The notes under the pieces: model-generated | Seen by the model: the letters and a program-made list of their open reading frames with translations, nothing else | The model's database searches: none | Told to the model about the DNA's origin: nothing | IMG/VR virus record: IMGVR_UViG_3300027970_000038 | Span: 1-52,390 of that record | Source: a virus | Taxonomy: Duplodnaviria; Caudoviricetes | Length of the DNA stretch: 52,390 bases | Reading direction: 5' to 3' (one strand) | Program-made: the position numbers and the translations under genes | In this document: in pieces, positions 49,332-52,390 of the stretch | How the letters are laid out: each line of letters opens with the position of its first letter | Numbering within the stretch: the stretch's first letter is position 1

Positions 49332-49881
49332 TTCCGATTATCATAAATCTCTTATATCCCCAATCACCGTAGTTTATCTCTTTTGTTTCCGAGAAATAAG
49401 ATGGTGCAAGGGGATATTTTTTTGTCAGTTCTTCTAACGATTGATTAGGGTTGACGCATTTCCAGATACTGTCATCTTTGATGGTTACATCACTTGATTG
49501 GATGCAAACAAGTGTTCCTATAGCTAAATTATCGAACCAATCATTAGATTTCATGTGTTCCGGAGAACAATTTATCACCACCTGATAACTGGATAAATCA
49601 TAGGTACCTGCATCTGCTACGACATTAATTACCTTTGCATCGGTTCCGATTCTCCAAGCATCAGTTATGTGATCTGATACCATGACCGCATCTTCATCAA
49701 TATCTATTCCTAAAATCTCTTGATATTGGTCACTATTTCGAGCGAGAAGCATGAAAGCCAGTACGTTATACCAGCTTCCTAAGATAGCTACCCTAGCGTT
49801 AGCAGGAAGGTGTGGTTCGAGTTCTTTGCAGAGCCAAACCTTAGACTGAATCTGTCCGTGGGAGAATGCGGTGAAGTCCAT
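49321..49881 (-). CDS. Class I SAM-methyltransferase-like protein
   Basis: HGQIQSKVWL, ILGSWY, GIDID, INCSPEHM; start at ATG 5 nt after TAAATA. Confidence 0.65.
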   Translation of the reverse strand: MDFTAFSHGQIQSKVWLCKELEPHLPANARVAILGSWYNVLAFMLLARNSDQYQEILGIDIDEDAVMVSDHITDAWRIGTDAKVINVVADAGTYDLSSYQVVINCSPEHMKSNDWFDNLAIGTLVCIQSSDVTIKDDSIWKCVNPNQSLEELTKKYPLAPSYFSETKEINYGDWGYKRFMIIGTKE

Positions 49882-49907
49882 AAAGTTATTTATAAGTGAT
49901 TTAAGGC

Positions 49908-49936
49908 TTGACATATAAATAACCCGGTGCTATATT
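49908..49936 (+). promoter_or_regulatory. sigma70-like early promoter
   Basis: TTGACA-17 nt-TATATT preceded by TGC. Confidence 0.7.
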
Positions 49937-49967
49937 GAATTATAGATTGAAACGAAGAAAGAAACAA

Positions 49968-50081
49968 ATGCCTAATCCAGTTGCTAAACATGCTTACAAG
50001 TTTAACATTGCGAAGGCTTATATCCCTAAAAAGGGCAAGGGCTCTTACAACCGCAAGCAAGAAAAAAATCAGACTCACTAA
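49968..50081 (+). CDS. ArfA-like basic peptide (37 aa)
   Basis: MPNPVAKHAYKFNIAKAYIPKKGKGSYNRKQEKNQTH; KKGKGSYxRK is the ArfA signature; below ORF-track cutoff. Confidence 0.6.
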   Translation: MPNPVAKHAYKFNIAKAYIPKKGKGSYNRKQEKNQTH

Positions 50082-50130
50082 AAAAAACAAGCTTAAATAA
50101 AGCTTTGGAGATTTAGGGATAAATAAAAGT

Positions 50131-50271
50131 ATGAACACTAACACTTGTAAAATATCGCTGCAACAGCACATGCTCTGGGGAAGAAAAACCTCAACGGAAT
50201 CGGTTGCGGACGTATATCCAACAAGCATTCGCGGCGCCTTTAATCTATTAAAGGATCCAGGAAACAGGTAA
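50131..50271 (+). CDS. 46-aa leader-like peptide upstream of tRNA operon
   Basis: TAAATA-N5-ATG; followed by intrinsic terminator. Confidence 0.45.
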   Translation: MNTNTCKISLQQHMLWGRKTSTESVADVYPTSIRGAFNLLKDPGNR

Positions 50272-50295
50272 ACATAGATACATTTGTTTATTTTG

Positions 50296-50331
50296 ACCCT
50301 GGGATTCGCAAGATTCTCAGGGTTTTTTGTT
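50296..50331 (+). terminator. Intrinsic terminator/attenuator
   Basis: ACCCTGGGA..GCAA..TCTCAGGGT plus TTTTTGTT. Confidence 0.75.
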
Positions 50332-50621
50332 ACAAAAGTGCAAGTCGGAACGAGGCTGCAAAGCACTATAAAAAAAGAACGGGCGGTGATAGGGATGAAA
50401 TCTGCGGAGAGAACGCAGAGAGTAAAAACTTTCAGTGAGGAACATTGTGATTCCTCGCAAGCGGGCAAGTCCGAAATGCCGGACAACATAGTCTCGCTTG
50501 TCAACAAAAGGCTAACCTATATCAAACTTTAAACATAGTGTATATCGCCAGAAGGTCGGCTTTTATCTGACCACCGGGTGCTAGAAAGACACACATTTTG
50601 ATATGAATGGGAGGATTGTGC

Positions 50622-50695
50622 TGGGGGATAGCACAATTTGGTAGTGCGTCGGTTTTTGGTACCGAAGGTTCTAGGTTCGAGCCCTAGTCCCCCAG
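50622..50695 (+). tRNA. tRNA-Gln(TTG), no encoded CCA
   Basis: TGGGGGA/TCCCCCA acceptor, TCGGT-TTTTGGT-ACCGA anticodon arm, GGTTCGAGCC T-loop. Confidence 0.85.
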
Positions 50696-50720
50696 CACAA
50701 TCCTCTCGGTACCATAAAAG

Positions 50721-50796
50721 GCCGCCTTAACTCAGTTGGTAGAGTATCTGTCTAGTAATCAGAATGTCGGCGGTTCGATTCCGTCAGGCGGCACCA
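50721..50796 (+). tRNA. tRNA-Thr(AGT)
   Basis: GCCGCCT/AGGCGGC ACCA, anticodon loop CT-AGT-AA, canonical D and T arms. Confidence 0.85.
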
Positions 50797-50810
50797 TTAC
50801 TCATTATAAT

Positions 50811-50889
50811 GCATCTGTATGCCGCCTGTCTTCGAAACAGGAGAAAGCTAATTGGATACATGTAGGTTCGAGTCCTACCAGATGCGCCA
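50811..50889 (+). tRNA. Atypical D-arm-less tRNA-Arg(TCG)-like RNA
   Basis: GCATCTG/CAGATGC GCCA, CCTGT-CTTCGAA-ACAGG, GTAGG-TTCGAGT-CCTAC; only 7 nt where the D arm should be, 20 nt in the variable region. Confidence 0.75.
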
Positions 50890-50907
50890 ATCTTTATTAT
50901 TCTTTAT

Positions 50908-50992
50908 GGGCACGAGGCTCTACGGTGGAGCAACTGACTTTTAATCAGTCGAGATTTATCTCAAGTGGGTTCGACTCCCACCGTGCCCTCCA
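50908..50992 (+). tRNA. Atypical tRNA-Lys(TTT) with long variable arm
   Basis: GGGCACG/CGTGCCC TCCA, ACTGA-CTTTTAA-TCAGT, variable hairpin GAGA-TTTA-TCTC. Confidence 0.8.
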
Positions 50993-51004
50993 CCTATTTT
51001 GAAT

Positions 51005-51054
51005 TCCTTTTAACAAATTGTTAAAAGGAGGTTCAAATCCTTCTATCTGCACCA
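51005..51054 (+). pseudogene. tRNA 3'-half remnant fused to a hairpin
   Basis: GGAGG-TTCAAAT-CCTTC TATCTGC ACCA without a matching 5' half; upstream TCCTTTTAACAA/TTGTTAAAAGGA palindrome. Confidence 0.6.
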
Positions 51055-51059
51055 ACAAC

Positions 51060-51134
51060 GGGTCTATAGTTCATTGGTAGAACGCTGTCCTGACTCGACA
51101 GAGGTGGAAGGTTCAATTCCTTCTAGACCCACCA
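51060..51134 (+). tRNA. tRNA-Val(GAC)
   Basis: GGGTCTA/TAGACCC ACCA, CTGTC-CTGACTC-GACAG. Confidence 0.85.
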
Positions 51135-51251
51135 AAGTTTATGGGGCCGTCTTGTATGTCTATATTCCAAAAATAGAAGTAACCAAGAGAAAAATACGGT
51201 CCCGCTAATTAAACGATGTCAAAAATAATTCTCAAGCAGGCAACTTTTTGG

Positions 51252-51280
51252 TTGACATTATTCCTGTTATGTCGTACATT
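51252..51280 (+). promoter_or_regulatory. sigma70-like promoter inside tRNA region
   Basis: TTGACA-17 nt-TACATT. Confidence 0.6.
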
Positions 51281-51313
51281 GAGAATATAGAGAGTGACAA
51301 AAGAAGTTCTCTC

Positions 51314-51324
51314 GTTCTTTGACA
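51314..51324 (+). promoter_or_regulatory. boxA-like antitermination site
   Basis: GTTCTTTGACA resembles rrn boxA (TGCTCTTTAACA), about 30 nt after the promoter and right after a GAGAG/CTCTC hairpin. Confidence 0.5.
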
Positions 51325-51350
51325 TCGTTAGAAAATAATAAGTCTCTTGC

Positions 51351-51576
51351 GAGACTTATTAGATGAATGCTACGTTGAGCCACCCAAAGGCTCATAACCG
51401 TACAAAGGTTTTTGTGGGTTCAATTCCCACGTGCGGGGTTTGGGAACGTAGTATTCTTCTAATAAGTATCGTGTGAGACTTATTAGATGAACATTCTGAG
51501 CCGCAAGTTTTGATGCTTGAGGAATGCAGACAGTAGAGATGAGCGATCTACCGGAATGTTCTTCTAATAAGTATCG
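51351..51576 (+). repeat. Two tandem cassettes with identical complementary flanking arms
   Basis: GAGACTTATTAGATGAA (51351, 51475) ... TTCTTCTAATAAGTATCG (51454, 51559) around different inserts. Confidence 0.85.
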
Positions 51577-51767
51577 TATGGTCTGGTGTTCTTAGAAAGG
51601 GAGTTCCTGCTAAGTGGCGAACTCTTTTGCTCTGACCAGCAACGGAGAGGATAGGTCAGTATCCTAGGGAAGTGCAATTCTTCCAAGCATTAACAATAAG
51701 GGTCGCAATCAGCCGAACCAATGATTGTGTGATTGAAGGTAATATGGTTCCTTCTTCCGAATGTTAC

Positions 51768-51843
51768 GCCGAAATAGCTGATGTGGTCTTAGCGCCTGAT
51801 TGAAGCTCAGGAGATGCTCGTTCGATCCGGGCTTTCGGCACCA
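51768..51843 (+). tRNA. tRNA-Phe(GAA)
   Basis: GCCGAAA/TTTCGGC ACCA, CCTGA-TTGAAGC-TCAGG. Confidence 0.9.
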
Positions 51844-51878
51844 AGAATAACCCTTACTGTTACAGTAAGGTAAAGAAT

Positions 51879-51961
51879 GCGAGTATGGCGAAATTGGTAG
51901 ACGCACTAGTTTTAGGTACTAGCGGGCAACCGTGGGGGTTCGAGTCCCTCTACTCGCACCA
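51879..51961 (+). tRNA. tRNA-Leu(TAG)
   Basis: GCGAGTA/TACTCGC ACCA, CTAGT-TTTAGGT-ACTAG, variable arm. Confidence 0.92.
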
Positions 51962-52049
51962 ACCATAAGCAGTACCGTCTGCTGAACCAATATCGGATTG
52001 AGATTAAGTTCTCTTGGTGGGTATTGAAAACAAAACGGTTCAATTTATT

Positions 52050-52134
52050 GCCCCGATGGTGGAATCGGTAGACGCGGAAGATTCAAAATCTTTTGCCGCA
52101 AGGCGTGGGGGTTCAAGTCCCTCTCGGGGCACCA
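52050..52134 (+). tRNA. tRNA-Leu(CAA)
   Basis: GCCCCGA/TCGGGGC ACCA, GAAGA-TTCAAAA-TCTTT, variable arm. Confidence 0.92.
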
Positions 52135-52137
52135 AGT

Positions 52138-52325
52138 TTGTAGTGGGTGTTGGAAGTATTAGTCACAGAGCCTAGGCTGGCCAGTTGAATCTCTGTAAAG
52201 GATGACGGTTCAAGTACGTATCATAGCAACCATCTGACGATGACTTCAACAACTAACCCTACCGACCGGCGCTTCTAATTGGTCGATAATGCTGCTGATG
52301 TTGTGGTACAGCAGGCCCACTATAA
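52138..52325 (+). ncRNA. Candidate multibranched structured RNA
   Basis: TTGTAGTGGG/CCCACTATAA closing stem with several internal hairpins; no ORF. Confidence 0.45.
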
Positions 52326-52390
52326 AGCATAAATATTCATGGGAGGGTTCCTATGAAGAAACTAGCAATATTGTTTTTGTTCTTAGTGCT

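Noticed and set aside
49890-51002. ORFs 49890-50507(-), 50284-50532(+), 50736-51002(+)
   Set aside because: They overlap promoters, a terminator and tRNAs and show no protein motifs
51351-51576. Mini-CRISPR array
   Set aside because: Only two units, inserts are 67-86 nt and structured, arms are complementary flanks, and no cas genes are in the window
52232-52250. Hammerhead core CTGACGA
   Set aside because: No correctly placed GAAA or stem III could be found
1-52390. Stop-codon reassignment
   Set aside because: Conserved genes are full length under the standard code, all three stops are used, and no suppressor anticodon is seen in this window

Overview
Segment of a large, T4-like (gp32/UvsX/UvsY/TerL-containing) tailed phage genome, almost entirely + strand, standard genetic code. 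The host is probably an alphaproteobacterium, inferred from a permuted two-piece tmRNA and a PlcP-like enzyme. In order it holds tail/virion genes (1-3087), a glycosyltransferase/radical-SAM/epimerase/methyltransferase cluster ending in a 1318-aa protein with 201-bp tandem repeats (3442-17454), and a translation-related island: tmRNA, PlcP-like phosphoesterase, RimK ligase, a RelE/YafQ-like toxin with small partner, and a multidomain nucleotidyltransferase/GNAT polyprotein (17587-22906). Next come a MoxR ATPase and vWA pair separated by an endonuclease, DHFR/ThyA, sugar enzymes, spanins, putative internal head proteins, a large terminase fractured by an atypically split intein around a free-standing endonuclease (35894-38827), recombination genes and redox genes. 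It ends with an ArfA-like peptide and a tRNA/ncRNA operon with several non-canonical tRNAs, a boxA-like site and a repeated stem-flanked RNA cassette. The most unusual signals are a D-arm-less Arg(UCG) tRNA whose D-loop-like sequence lies 3' of the anticodon arm, the stem-flanked RNA cassettes, the dual ribosome-rescue set (tmRNA plus ArfA-like) alongside an mRNA interferase, and systematic TAAATA-N5-ATG leaderless late genes. All product calls come from motif recognition by eye; no searches were run.
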